From Hemiscyllium ocellatum (lineage: Eukaryota), in contig NC_083419.1 in the NCBI RefSeq assembly GCF_020745735.1, forward strand, positions 40,756,085 through 40,820,084: DNA of 64,000 nt, given 5' to 3'. The position numbers and the translations under genes are program-made. The notes below the pieces were generated by a model that was not told where the DNA came from, did no database searches, and saw nothing but the letters and a program-made list of their open reading frames with translations. Shown piece after piece: positions 11,658-25,487 of the stretch; position 1 is the stretch's first letter, and every line of letters begins with the position of its first letter.

Positions 11658-12204
11658 ATGATTTGGAGGTGCCATTGTTGGACTGGGGTGGACAAAGTTA
11701 AAAATCACACAACACCAGGTTATAGTTCAGCAGGTTTACTTGGAAGCACTAGCTTTCTTCATCAGGTGATTGTGCAGCAGAATCCTAGAACACAGAGTTT
11801 ATAGTAACAGGATTGCAATGTCATGGAATGTAATATTAAACAAATTAAGCTTAAGCTTTTCATCTTTAAGAATGATCATGTTAGTTTTGGCTCCTTCATA
11901 TGTAAATCCCAGAACTTTTTTAAAGTTCCATTCTCAAGGTAGCTTTAACAATAGGTGCCATCTCAGCTCAGAAAATGCATTGAAGACGTGAGGTTAAAGT
12001 TTGTCTGTGTCCCAATGTTAGGCGAGACTGATTCTACTTCTAAAGTGGAATTTACAGAATCTTACATGGTTTTATGCAGTTTTTGAACAATATAAAATGT
12101 AAATCTGCAAGTATGAATTCATCCTACAAGCTTGTGCATGCATGTGCAGGGGAGACCGAGGTGAGTGTGTGCATGGGGTTGTATGTGGGGGTGCGAGTAT
12201 CTGT

Positions 12205-12237
<33 letters not shown>

Positions 12238-12332
12238 GGTGTGTACACTGCAGCATGGTCACCTGTAGCATGACATGAACCTAAGGTCCCAGTTGAGGCC
12301 ATCCCTGTGGGTACCGAACTTGGCTATAAGCA
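11658..12332 (-). mobile_element. PLE 3' fragment of a second family, with (GT)n at 12207-12230
   Basis: Minus strand encodes LIAKFGTHRDGLNWDLRFMS (GIY-YIG C-terminus-like); hammerhead remnant CTGATGAA-GAAAGCTAG with stem II deleted; homologous to 59833-60218. Confidence 0.72.
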
Positions 12333-13650
12333 TATTCCAAAGTACTTCTTTCAACATATGGTGGGGGGGGGGGGGGTCAAATGTTCTGGATGGCAAATCT
12401 AGAACTAGGAGTCACTACTTCAGTCCAAGTACATCAACATTTAAGATCAGTTTTTTCACCAAAATGATTTTGAATCTGTGGAATCCCCTTCCTCAGACAG
12501 CAGTGGATTCTTGGACATTGAGTACATTCAAAATAAACTCAACCGAAATTATGGAACATGTGCATAGTGCTTAATAGTGGAGTTGAGATTGGGTGTCTGT
12601 TAGATTTAGGATCCAAAAATAAGCCACCTTCATTAATCTCTCAGTATTTTTATAGTTTCACCCATTTAAAGTCATCAATAAACGTCTTTACACCATGAAT
12701 GTTTCAATGGTACCCTATTGTAGTTTTCAGGCCCTTCAGTGTTGTGACCTTGTAGCTTTATGCTATAAGTATTGTCATAAAAAGGCCATTTTGTCTTTGA
12801 TAGCCAATATTCTTGAAGTAGAAGTGATAAAATCTACTTATAATCCAATGCTTTGAGCTGATGGCATGGAAATACATTAAAAGGGAAGAGTAATTTTACA
12901 CAGATTTCCCTGTTTGAACAGAGCTGACAGGTTTATTTTATATTTCCATGGTTGATATTAAGCCTGTGGATAACTGAGCAAGGACATGTGGCATCAGATT
13001 TCATTTATGAAGCCTGATTTAATTTTGGGTGCACTATGTAATAATATAGGGACATCCTTAGGGCTCTTAACGCTGTTCTGCTCCCAGTTTTCTTCCTTCC
13101 TGCAAACAATGACAATTAATAGAATACAGCACTCTGAACAGTAGTACCAGAATTTATCAAATTTGGCACACTCATCTTACAATTCATTCCTCTGAAAATC
13201 TGAAGGCTTAATCAATAGCTGTGTTAATGAAGATATAAAGTTAAACACACCTTTTATTGAAATGTTAGCTTTGCTGAGTTGGCAGTACTTTTACCTCTGA
13301 ATTAGGTCAGGGTCAATCCATTCAAGGCCACCTGCTGTCACTGTCTTGGCAGTACAGTGCTGAATGCATTAGTGGCAGCAATATCTTTCAAGTGAGATGT
13401 TTTTTGCACTCCTTGAAAAATAAGCTGTACACTCACTGTTCCTTATTTACTGCTTACTAGGTTCTTGAAATTTGCACGTAGTTTAATTTGTCTACAAATC
13501 ACTTGACTCCACTTCTAAAATAATTCACTGGTTGAGCAACATATTTGAAGATATTGAGAACAAAAATGAAATAATCGAGATTCATTAATTCTTATGTCTC
13601 ACAGACTGAATCTATAGTGAATAAGCTATTTACTATGCTTTCTTTTATAG

Positions 13651-14214
13651 GTCAGAGTATAGAGTGTATGATGCAGCTCTATAGGACAGTGGTTAGGCCA
13701 CTTTTGAAATATTGTGCAATTCTGGTTTCCCTTCTATAGGAAAGATGTTGTGAAACTTGAAAAGGTTCCGGGAAAGAATTATAAGGATGTTGCCAGGATC
13801 GGAGGTTTGAGCTATAGGGAGAGGCTGAATAGGCTGGAGCTGTTTTCCCTGGAGCAGCGGTGACTGAGGGATGACCTCAAGAGGTTTATAAAATCATGAG
13901 GGGCATGAATAGGGTCAGTAGGCAGGATCTTTTCCCTGGAGTGGGGGAGTCTAGGGCAAGAGGGGAAAGATTTAAAAGGGTTCTAAGGGGTAACTTTTTC
14001 ACGCAAGTGTGGTGCATGTGTGGAATGAGCTTCCAGAGGAAGTGTTGAAGGCTGGTACAATTACAACATTTAAATGGCATCTAGATTGGTACATGAATAA
14101 GAAGAGTTTAGAGGGATATGAGCCAAGTGCTGGCAAATGGGACTAGATTAGGTTTGGTATAGACAAATTGGACTGAAGGGTCCGTTTCTGTGATTTAAAT
14201 CTCTATGACTCTAT
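13651..14214 (+). mobile_element. CR1-clade LINE 3' fragment
   Basis: CR1 RT C-terminal remnant (VRPLLKYC.QFW.P...) and a tail ending CTCTATGACTCTAT. Confidence 0.85.
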
Positions 14215-14994
14215 TCTCTATTACTGTTGTAGAGAAATAAGGAAATATGTAATGTAATCTCTTAAAACAAATATTATTTATTTTTAAAGGTATGTTTTCA
14301 ATTGAGTCTAGTCATGAAGCATTCACTTTTTTGAAAGGATCTTTAACAAAACTTAGTTAACAGAATCTTGCATGTTAATGGAGTCTTTAGTGTCACAGTA
14401 ATTGTTTGAGCAGTTTTCAACTGGGATAGCCTTTGGAACTTTATTTTCTCCAATTTGATTCACACCCCTGAAATCTCAGCACTGAAATCTCTTAACCAGA
14501 CTCAAAAGTAACATCACCTTTGACTTTATCCCTCTTGTCTTCCTTGACGTGTCAGTAGTCTTTTCCATTCTTGGCTATTCAGTGGCAGCAGGGAATCCAT
14601 CTATGCTACTGATATAGGCTGAACCATGCAGTTCACAATCTTAAGCCATGCTTTTGCTAATCATTGGCAAGATTATCTCTTTGAACATTGTAATGTTACT
14701 TATTTCCATTCTTGCTTCAGTGCTGAAACCCTCAACCAGGCTTTTGTATTTCTGCTGAACTGACTGCTTAAGTGCTTTCCTGGCTGGTCTGTCATCTTCC
14801 ATCTTTTAACCTTGAGCCCATCAAAACAAAGTGCAAATGTGACCCAATACAAAGCTGAACTATTAGCTGAATTCTGATGTTAAAGTCAAATTGTTGCCCA
14901 TACTATTTAATTCTTTTGTATGTACCTTATGCTTAGAGAGCAAAAGGTTCATGGTCTAGAGACAGGTTATGATACAGCCTCAACAGAGAGATTC

Positions 14995-15178
14995 TGAAAT
15001 AAAACCAAGAATGCAGATGCTGGAGATCGAATCAAAGCAAAAATTGCTGGAGAAACTCAGTAAGTCTGACAGACCCCTTCAAAATTGGATTAGTCACTGG
15101 ACTCAAAGCGTTAATTCTTATCTCTTCACAATGCTGCCAAACCTGCTAAGTTTGTGCAGCAATTTCTATTTTTGTTTG
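14995..15178. mobile_element. Degenerate fold-back PLE-derived short element
   Basis: AAAAATTGCTGGAGAAACTCAG at left, inverted relative to CTGCTAAGTTTGTGCAGCAATTTCT at right. Confidence 0.65.
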
Positions 15179-15372
15179 AGGGTTTATGAAGTTCCTCTCA
15201 CAGATTAGTAGTCCAATATCAAACTGATAATCAACAATCCTGATGTCCAAGTTTAGGATTTCATGTAGAAAAGCCATCTCTTCAAAATTGAGAGATATGA
15301 CTGTTGCTGACCTATGCTTCATGGAGTGCTGTAAAATGGCTAGTGTGTAATAATTGACATCTTTCTCCACAG

Positions 15373-15472
15373 GTAACATTATTGAATGGTGTCTGCCACA
15401 TGAAGTGGATTTGGAAGGGGTCGAATTTAAATCCATGGCCAGTGGATCTCACAGAATAAATTCTGATTTTGT
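15373..15472 (+). CDS. DENND11: DENND11 exon 2 ([33 protein letters not shown])
   Basis: ctccacag acceptor, gtaagt donor, 100 nt, frame continuous with exon 1. Confidence 0.95.
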
Positions 15473-16396
15473 GTAAGTCATTTTCCAGACAGCTTTTTCA
15501 AAACTCCTCTGAAACGAACCTCAGTGGGAAGGATTGATTCTAATTTGTCAATTAATTTAAATAAGATTTAATTGTGTGTGTAACAGATTCATGTTGTCTA
15601 AGTTTGAACTGCTGAAATCCCGTTTGCAGAATAAGTTCTGATTTCTGCAAAATCAAGCTACTATGATTGACAGATGGTATCTGCTGTTAGTTTGGTTTGC
15701 CACCAAAGAGAGTATTCTTGCACCCCGGCAGTAGGATCAGTTGCTTATTTGTTGAATAAGGTTTGCATTTAGTTACAATGCTAACAGAATACATAACTGA
15801 AATCCCACCATGGCAATTCCAGGCAGAATTTCAGTTGAGCTTATATTTTTAAAACTTAGAAATTTAAAACTGAGGTTTAAAAGTGACCATTAGCTGCTGG
15901 ATTATTGGAACAACCTATCTGTTCAAGAATGTTATTCTTGAGGGAAGCAAATCTGCTTTCTTACCTGATCTGACATGTAAATGCTTTCAGACCCCACCAA
16001 TGTGATTGAATATGAACTGGTGATGGAGACTAAATTTTGGAGAGTTCTGAGGACAGGTCACTGGACCCAAAATGTTAACTCTGATTCCTCTACACTGATG
16101 CTACCAGATCTGCTGAACTTTTCCAGCAATTCCTGTTTTGGTTTGAGACAAAATGTTCCCTTGCTTAGTTTACAAATGAGTAGAGAAACTGGTCTATAAT
16201 TAATGATGGAGCAATAAGAAGTTAAACATTTAAGTGTCCTACAAAAATGTGCTGGTACAACATTAGACCCTTGTCTGAAGTAATAATTCTTCCAGCTAGC
16301 TATACCATTAAACAATAAACCAAACCTTCACCTCTTAATTCTATTGTAAAAGTAGAATACATGATTAACCTGCTAGATGTTAAGATTGCATTTAGT

Positions 16397-16727
16397 ATCA
16401 TAGAATCCTGACAGTGTGGAAGTATTTGGCCCAACAAGTCCACATCGACTCTCCGAAGAGAATGCCACCCAGACCTGTTCCCCATAACTTGAGCTTTCCC
16501 CTGACTAATGCATCTAACCTACACATCCCTGAATGCTATGGGCAATTTAGCTTCGCCAATTCACGTAATCTGCATATCTTTGGACTATGAGAGGAACCTG
16601 GAGAAACCCACGCAGACATGGGGAGGACATGCAGACTCAACACAAACAGTTGCCCGAGGCTGGAATCGAACCCAGGTCCCCAGTGCTGTGAGGCAGCAGT
16701 GCTAACCACTGAGCCACCATGCTGCCC
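16397..16727 (-). mobile_element. V-SINE (HE1-like)
   Basis: Reverse complement of the 28323 and 29923 copies with A and B boxes. Confidence 0.88.
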
Positions 16728-19169
16728 AATTTAACACTGATCTTTTTGACAGTCTTTTTTACCAAGAGATTGGCTTTTGATTTAAGTCTGTTAGAATACT
16801 TTGTACAAGATGTCATTATTTGTGCTAATCTTAATATCTAGCTGCACCATCAGGGTTGATAGAAAAGCATCTCTTCACACAAAGGAATTGAAAATCTCCT
16901 TTTTAAAAAAAACTTGACTCTGTCAATTAAAAATTGTTGGGTATTAAGGGTAATGGACCCAATTTGGCTAAATGCAGTTAAGATACAAGTCAGCTATAAT
17001 CTAAATAGCGAATTAAACTCGTAGACCTGAATGGCCTACTGGGAGATGTTTACTTAATAATACCAGTTATCACAATTCAACTCAAAATTTCTTCTTATCC
17101 TTCCTTTTGAGCGATAGAATCTTAAAACAGCAAAGGAGCCACTCAAGACATCATGCCTCTGGTGACTGTTTGAAAGTGCAGTCATGCTTTGTCCAACATC
17201 CCTAAATTGACCATTCTCTTTTCAAAATAATTTTGGAATTGACTTCACTACTTTTTTAGGTATTGAATTTGAAAATTCTGACTGAAACTATTTCCCTTTT
17301 TCCTCTTTTTCAATATTTATTTGTAAATCTGTAACCTCCTATTGTTGACCCTTTCAACATGAAGAATAATTTATTCTTTGGCAAATGGTTCATCTCTAGT
17401 TATTCTATCAGAACCTTTACTAAGTTACCTGTTGGGCTTCTCTTTTCAAACCTCTTGAAAACCTAAGTCTTCATCTCAGTAACATCCTGGTAAGTCGTGG
17501 GCTTTCTAAGGTCTTGCTTCTTTGCTGAAGTGTGATGCCCAGAATTGTACACAATGTTCCAGCTCAGGGCAAACCAGTAACTTATAAAATTTCATCTCAA
17601 TCCTTTTTTTTAAATTCTGTGGTTGTAATTATAAATATGAGTAACCCATACTCTTTTTAACCACCTCAACAACTTAGCCTGCCACCTTTTCTGGATTTCA
17701 ATATATTGACACCAGGATCTCTGCTCATCTACAATCTTAAAAATTCTGTCCTTTATAGTTAACAATTACAATATGTTATATAATCTCTAGTGGACTTATC
17801 CACTTTAGAAGCCATCTGCTGAGGCTCTATCTAATTCAACATTATGTCTATCCCTCAATGCCTATTTACTAATCTCAATGTATCTCGCCCTATGTCAACT
17901 TTCTTATCTACAAACTTTATAATGCTGATTTATACACCCACGTTCATATTATTTATAACATTGAAGACTAATGGACCCAAAGCTGGATAGTGGGAAACAC
18001 CCAGTGCAAACTGCTTCCCAGTCTGAAACAAAATGTTTCTAACACTCATGCTCCCTTGCTTCCTGTCAATGAGCCAATTTGGAATCTGTATTGCCATTTT
18101 ATCCTTGAGAGGCAAGAGTTCATGAAAATAATGAGCCGCCTGTGTAGGGCTTTGCTTCTGAAGTTCAGGTATAAAACTTTCTTTTTAATCCATTTGCAGG
18201 ATATGGGTGATACTGGGAAGGCTAACATTTATTGCCCATTACTAATTACCTTTGACAAGGTGTTGGTGAGTCACCTTTTTTAGCATAGCTGAGTGACTTG
18301 ATAAGCCATTTCAGAGTGCATACAAGAATCACCTGCATGTCTGTGTCTGGAGTGATGCGTGAGTCAGACCAGGTAAGAATGGTAGATTTCTTAAGTGACA
18401 TTGGTAAACCAGGTGGGATTTTACGATAACTGGTGATTTGACGGTCACAGTTATTGATGGTGTCTTTTTAGTTCCTGATCTATTTAATTAAGTTTAAATT
18501 TTCAAGGTACCATGGTCAAGTTTGAATCTCTATATCTTTACTCCAGCACTTTAGTTTGTTAGTCATGTGACATAAATGCTATAGAAGCATGTCCTTACAT
18601 CTACTGCACTTACCTTTTAACAAATTCATGCTGGATTTCCTTTAATTAAACTTTGCTATTCCAATATGTCCCTGCTACCATATTCCTCATCTTTACCACT
18701 GCATGTTAACTGTTCTTTTTCTGTAATGAATATAAGCTGACTTGTGCTGTGATCACATTAGCTGAATTATTTCTGTTATATTGTATTCTACTTTCCCTAT
18801 TTCATTTCTCAGAATCGTAATCAGCTTGCTTCCTTCCTTGTTGAACTGAAGATGTTGATCAGCAAAGTTCTTTTTAGCATTCGTGTTGTTTTTTCTAGTC
18901 TAGATTGGAGTAGTATATCCTAATATTTCTACTTATTTAAATAAATGGCTTGAAATTCTGCCAACAAATTTCAGAATCCACCTCTTACCTATTTTTTTGG
19001 TGCACTATATAAGAAAAACTCCCAGTCAAAGTAGCAACTGAGCCTTTGATCCTTGTATTGAGCTAAATAGTTTTACGTTCTTGAACCATCTAGTAAATCT
19101 TCCTATTTAGAGCCATAACCACTAGTTGCTTCCTTCTGATTCATGTGTAAATTATCCTTTTTTAAAGAA

Positions 19170-19960
19170 AAAAGTGGAATCTGGAAGATCTGAAACACAA
19201 ACAGAAATTGCTGGAGAAATTCACCTGTGGAGAGGAAACAGTTAATGTTTTGAGTCAAGTGATCCTTCTTCACAATTGATAGCAGCTAGGAAACAGCGAT
19301 GAGGAGGTAGGGGAGAAAGTGAAACCCAGCGTGGAGGGGACGGTGGAGAGAGTGCAGCCGCCACAAGAAGTGTATTTGCAGCTTACAGTGCAGTCTCCTC
19401 CACACCAGGGAAACAAAACACAGATACTTTGAGGAATAACTATGTGCTATTTGTAAAAATAACCCCGAGCTTCCAGTTACCTGCCCCTTCACTGTACCAC
19501 CGTCACCATTTCTTTCTCAGGCCTGCTGCAGTGCTCCACTGAGCCTCAACAAGCTGAAAGAATCTACTCGGGGACATTACATCATTAAGGACCTCATTTT
19601 GCATTTACATATGAATACACTCTTTCATATCATTTATTTTCCCCAACATCCATTCAGCGCTGCCAATCCATTTTCACTACTTATAGTTCCCATTACCAGT
19701 TAACTAGCTTCTCTCCCTTGGTTTACTGTCAGCAATCCCTTTGTCTGCTTTTTTTTGCCCTGTTTTTTTAGGACCTCTGTCTCCATCTATCCTCTCTCTC
19801 TCTCTCTCTCTCTCTCTGCCCTCCTAAATCATTAGCATAAATGCCTTTCCTGGTTGATGTCTGTTCTGAAGAATGGTCAGTGCACTCAAAATATTAACTG
19901 TTTTGTTTCTCCTTTGATGCTGCCAGACTCCTGTGTTTCTCCATCAATTATCTGTGTTTT
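19170..19960. mobile_element. Degenerate PLE-derived element with inverted ends; contains (CT)n at 19792-19817
   Basis: Both ends match the 205-627 family in opposite orientations; the interior resembles a decayed GIY-YIG region. Confidence 0.6.
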
Positions 19961-22900
19961 TCTATTGTCTAACCCAGCCAATATTTACCTTAAGTTCCAT
20001 GAATGTTTCTTCTATTGAACAGTCTCCAAATTGCCATCCTACCCCTGCTGAATGTCTTCTGGAAATGTTTTCCATCCATACACCCTAGTGTTGATGAAAG
20101 ATCATCAACTTGAATCATTGCATGTTTCTCTCCCTGATGCTCCCTGACCTGCTGAGTACTTGTTTTTGGTTGATTTTCTGGCATCCACATAAATGAATGT
20201 TGTCCATAGGCATTCTTCAGTCCTACTCTAGTCACTTTTTTTTATAAAACAAAAATCAATTGGGCTATGATATACCCTTTAGAAACCCATGTGCAATCAC
20301 TTTAATCAGCTCGAATTTCTCCCAAGTGCTGAGTTGTTCTGTCTTTCATTAAAGATAATGACAGCTTTAGAATGGCTATTGTTAGACTGTTTTGTTCATC
20401 ATGCCTAAATAATGCAGTTTTCCAATCTGAGGGAGTAATGTCTGAATTGAAGACACTTTGAAATATTATAGCTAAAGCATTTTTTCATCACCTTCCTATA
20501 AAACCATGGCGTGGAAATGAAGTCCTTTTAGTCCTAGAATTTTTCACATGCTGTGGAACCTGACACAAACTAGTTATCACCAAGTTTGCCATGTTGTTAT
20601 TTTAATTTGCAATGTCATCCACATTTTGATTTAAAGGACATACATTGCCCTTGGCTGACCCTTTTCTTATAATATTATTTATTAATGCTAATATTATTTT
20701 GTTAATTCCTAGCTCTAATAAATTTTTGTGTATTCCTTTCTGCTGCTTTTTTTAGCACCTTTTATATTTCTACCAGTGCCTTCTAGTTTTGTTGTCTCCT
20801 GTGTCTAAACATCCATCCTTTAACTTTGTAAGAAGAGCTCTTGTCTCTTGAGAATATATCGATCCTGAATTAAATTAAAATTTATTTGTATGCCTCTCTC
20901 TGTTCGTCTGTGATTTTATCCATTAGGAGTTTGCCCTACTTGATGTCATCAGCCTCTGTTTAATTCCATTAAAGTTGTCCTGAACAAACCTTGAATCTTA
21001 ATAGCTGTTACGTTGCTTTTTCAAACCTAACATTGAATTTGATCATGCAGTGACCACAGTTTGATAAATGTTCCTTTATTGTTAAATTATTAAAGTAATT
21101 ATTCATAACTAAGTCTAGTAATCAGGGTTATTTGCAGCCAGGCTGGAAGTCAAGTGCACAACATTATGTTCAGCCACAGGGAGCAGTCAGGTGAAAGTAA
21201 TTGGGCTGGAATGAGGAGTTTGTGGAGAAGGAACTGCTGCTACTTGCATAATTTTTTTTCTGATCACACTGATTTGTGTAATTTTAAGCATTGTAAGCTT
21301 TGCATTTGAGCCACAACAAAATGGTGATGTAAAGGATGCTTTACACTGGAGGGTACTTGAAGACAATGTTGGCTTCTTCATTCAAGTTTGATTCTCCACA
21401 ACTTACAATCGACTGACTTGTGGCAATGACCATGACAATTCATATTTAATTGAATAACCAAAGAGCTTATCAGAAAGAAACAAAGTTTATAATAGGATAG
21501 ATTTAAAAAGCAGGTTTTTCCATAAAGTTAATATTAGATACCACAGCTTGTAGTCATAAAGTTGGGTAGTGGTAGAGTATGTATACTTTGAGAATGTAGC
21601 TAAAAATGTTTACTAGATATATTTTATTCCTCTCAGTTGTTTTGATGAGTTTCCTACTAAAATAGATGATGACTCCTAAATTTGAATTGGAGGGTGCATG
21701 TACAAAAAAAAGCTTTGAATGTGGCAGGGCAAATTGAAAGGAAGTTCAAAAGCATATGAGATTGTTTGCTTTATTAATGGTACAAAAACAAGTTAAACTA
21801 AATTTGTATAACTGGACCTCAGTTGGACTACTAGCTCAATATGAATCACTACACCAGTTAAAAGCTGGACTTGATAAATAATAAAACACTAAGGAATGAT
21901 GATCATTTGATGATTAACTTCAGTGTTGAGTTTGAACTAAAGAAGTGTAACAGCTACTAAAATTTTAGATTTGTTAAGGCTAATTTTACTGCAATGTCAA
22001 AGCCTTGGCAGAGTCCAGAAGGGATTTACTAGAATGTTACCAGGGTTGAAAAACTTCAGGTAATGTGGAAAGAGCACAAAGCTGGGGTGGTTCTACTTAA
22101 AGCAGTGAAGCTTAAAAGGTGATATGATAGAAGTGAAACAAAATATTTTTAGAAGTAAGCAAGGAACTAATTCCAGGAGCAGAAGTGTCAGTAACCAGTG
22201 GGTAACATTCTCGCAAATAAACTGTATATGAAATAGTGGAACATCCTCTTAAAGAGCATTAGGTTGTATTTTGGACCATTACCAAAACTGGTTGGTGAGA
22301 CAGATTCAACTGTAACATTCAAACGTTGATTGAAAACTACTTGAAATAGAAGGAAAATACATACAGGGCTGAGAGAGAACATGGATGTAGGACTACTTAG
22401 ATGCATCTAGTATAAGCACTGTCATTGGTGCAGTTGGCCAAATGGCCTCTGTCTATGATTTGTCATTCATGATTAGCACTCATGTCAGTGTGACAAAACT
22501 GAAGCATCTGTCTATCATATAGTATTGTCCTACTTTTGATCATTCTACAGGTGCAGCTAGAGTCCTCACATAAAAATAGACTAATATCATCATGATTTAA
22601 GACTTGCACCTTATCTAATTTACATCACAGTTTCAGAATTTATTGGTGTTTTTGCTTCTCTGGGAGTTGAGGTTAGCTTTGAAAATATGCACCATGTCAC
22701 TGCTTCTGTTCACTTCTCTATTCACTCTTTAATCTTTGTCAGTTTGTAGCTTGAGACATGATTCTGGTAAAATGTTAATCTGCTCCCTTATCAGAAGTGG
22801 AGAAAACATTTGAGGACAAATGATAACTGACTAATAACTGAAAGAACATAGCCAGAGGTTTCTTATTCATCTCTGATCTATGCCCTGGCTACAAATTGTG

Positions 22901-23785
22901 TTGCGCAAGCAAGACATATTGTGGGCCATGTGAGACGAGGCCTTTTTTGTAGAAGTAAACTACAAAACAGATTCAAAGCAAAACAGCTGTGAAAATCTAG
23001 TCTAACCACTGTTGTTAAGTTGGAAGGAAATGATAGTCATAACTTCAGTTTAGTAGGTTAGAATTTCAAAAATGCCACTTTGAAAGTAATATAGATATGT
23101 CAGAAATAGAGGATGTTGAGGGAATTAAGGATGGAAATCCCAAGGGGCTTCTAATGTTACTTCAACACAAGGGGTCATGCAAGAATGTGGATAATTGCAA
23201 ATGTTTCATCCTTTTTCCAAAAACAGTTTAAGAATAAGTCCAATGCTACAGGGTAGAAAACTTGTGCTTGGTGCGAGTGAGTGAGAGAGAGAACACATTT
23301 CTGCAAAGTAAGCAGGCAGAAGGGGTGAGAGCCCCGAGACTGAGCAAGCCAGGTACAGCAATGATTTGTGATATAATAAGTTTTTGTTAACAATGTTGAA
23401 GTTCATGGAATTAAAGGAACAATGACTTCATGGATAGAAAATTAAATGTAAGGAAATAATACTGCTTCGTGGCTGAATGCCGGCTTAAGAAGGTATGCAA
23501 CGGGGTTTCCCAGAGGTCAGTTCTTGCTTGTTTTTTGTTAAATGTTAGTAACTCAAACTTGGGTGAATGGGGAACAATTTGAATGTTTGCAGATGCACAT
23601 AACTTGGATGCACATTTAGTAGGAACAATGATGAGAGGAAGTAAAGTGCAATACTGATTGGGTGCCAGAACAGAGGTCTTCAGGTATCTTCACATAATTC
23701 ATTGACGGTTCTAGAACATGTTGACAAAACCACTTAGAAAGCATAAGAGATCTTGCGCTTTACAAATAGGGCCATAGAATACAAA

Positions 23786-24470
23786 GGAGCAAGTGAGGAC
23801 TGAAGATGCTGGAGAGTCAGAGTCAAAACATGTGGCACTGGCAAAACATAGCAGGTCAGACAGCATCCGAGGAGCAGGAGAATTGACATTTTGGGCATAA
23901 GTCCTTCATGAGGAATGGGGAGGGGAAGAGAGCTGAGAGATAAATAGGGGGCTGGGGAAAAGTAGGTGGGAGGTGATTGTGACAGGTCAGTGGGGAGGGT
24001 GGAATGGACAGGTGGGATGGAAGATAGACAGGTAGGTCAGGTCAAGACAGTGATGCAGAGTTGGAGGGTTGGATCTGGGATGAGGGGTTTGGGGAGATTT
24101 GGAAACAAGTGAAGTCAGTGTTGATGCAGTGTGGTTATGGGATCCCAAGGTATAAGATGACATGTTTTTCCTCTAGTCGGTGGATGACTTTGATTTGGCA
24201 ATGGAGGTGGCCCATGATTTGCATATCCTTGGTAGAGTTAAAGTGGTTGGCCACATGGCAGTGGGGCTGTTGGTTCGTGTGGACCAGAGATGTTCCCTCA
24301 ACTGCCCCACATGTTGGCATTCAGTCTCTGGGTTGTCCTGGAGTGGAATTGTCCCTCCTGGGAGCAGATACAGTGGAGTCAGAGGAATTGGGAATCAGGG
24401 CTTATGTTTTTGCAGGAGAGGGGTGGGAGGAGGTGTAGCCAAGGTAGTTTTGGGAGTCTTGCAACTGACT
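23786..24470 (-). mobile_element. PLE fragment (GIY-YIG remnant plus 3' end) nested in an old CR1
   Basis: ORF 24135..24320 VANHFNS..DMQIMG.LHCQ...RLEEKHVILYLG; its 3' end is the same sequence family as the short hammerhead elements. Confidence 0.78.
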
Positions 24471-25328
24471 CAAAATGGGCATCTATTTCAAACCCTTTAT
24501 TTTAACACATCAGTATTTTAAAAAAACCCAAGAATCTTTTTTTAAATTCACATCATGAAAGCACTACCTCAAAGCAGTTCATTTAGGACTTTCGAAAGAA
24601 AATTGGGTGAACATCTAAAGGTAAAATTAATTCACAGAGTTTAAAGGAAAGAGTGGGCGCATGACAGAAACTGAATTGCTCTTGTTAAAAACAGGTACAG
24701 CCATAACTGTCTAAATTGCTGCATCCTTCTATGCTGTAACCATTGAATGATTGTTAGAAAAATGGTTCGCCTTCTTGAATGTGTTGAACTTATACCTCTT
24801 TCTTAACTTTCATCAACATCTATTTTTAAATAGATAAATTGTCTAATTCATCTGATTCACTCATTATTTTTCTGTATTGTTGTTATTAATAGACTATATA
24901 TTTCCAGTTTTCAGGTATGACAAAATATTTAAATCCAAAAAGTCAACCTATCTTTTCTGTTTTTTTATATTAACACATCCTAGAGAGCTAGGAACAGGAT
25001 GGGGTAATTCAACCCACCAAGCCTGTTCTGCTATTCAATATGATCAATCTATGTGTGTTGTTTGGACTTCGACCAGTAGAGGGCGTTTGCTGCCATCATG
25101 TCTTGTGCTTCTAGCTTCAAAATGTGTTACAAATCCATGTCAGTCTTTGACTTAAGCACCTTGATGCTAATAGTGTATCAGGTAAGCCTTGAGTCTTGGG
25201 AAGTTTCATCTGTATTTTGCTAATAAGTTTTTTTTTTAAAGCCTTTATCTCAGAAGACTGAATTTAGGTGAACAATTGATCAATTAAATTAAAATTCCTG
25301 ATCAGATAGCTGTCCTTTGTGCTTTCAG

Positions 25329-25487
25329 CTACTTTCGAAAAGGTAACTACTTTGGTATGGCATGCTTTGCCAACATGCCTGTGGAGAGTGAACTGGAACG
25401 AGGCGCTCGAATGAAGTCTGTTGGAATACTGTCCCCATCGTATACACTCCTGTACAGATACATGCATTTCCTGGAGAATCAGGTCAG
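25329..25487 (+). CDS. DENND11: DENND11 exon 3 ([53 protein letters not shown])
   Basis: ctttcag acceptor, gtgagg donor, 159 nt, near-identical to the recalled vertebrate protein. Confidence 0.96.
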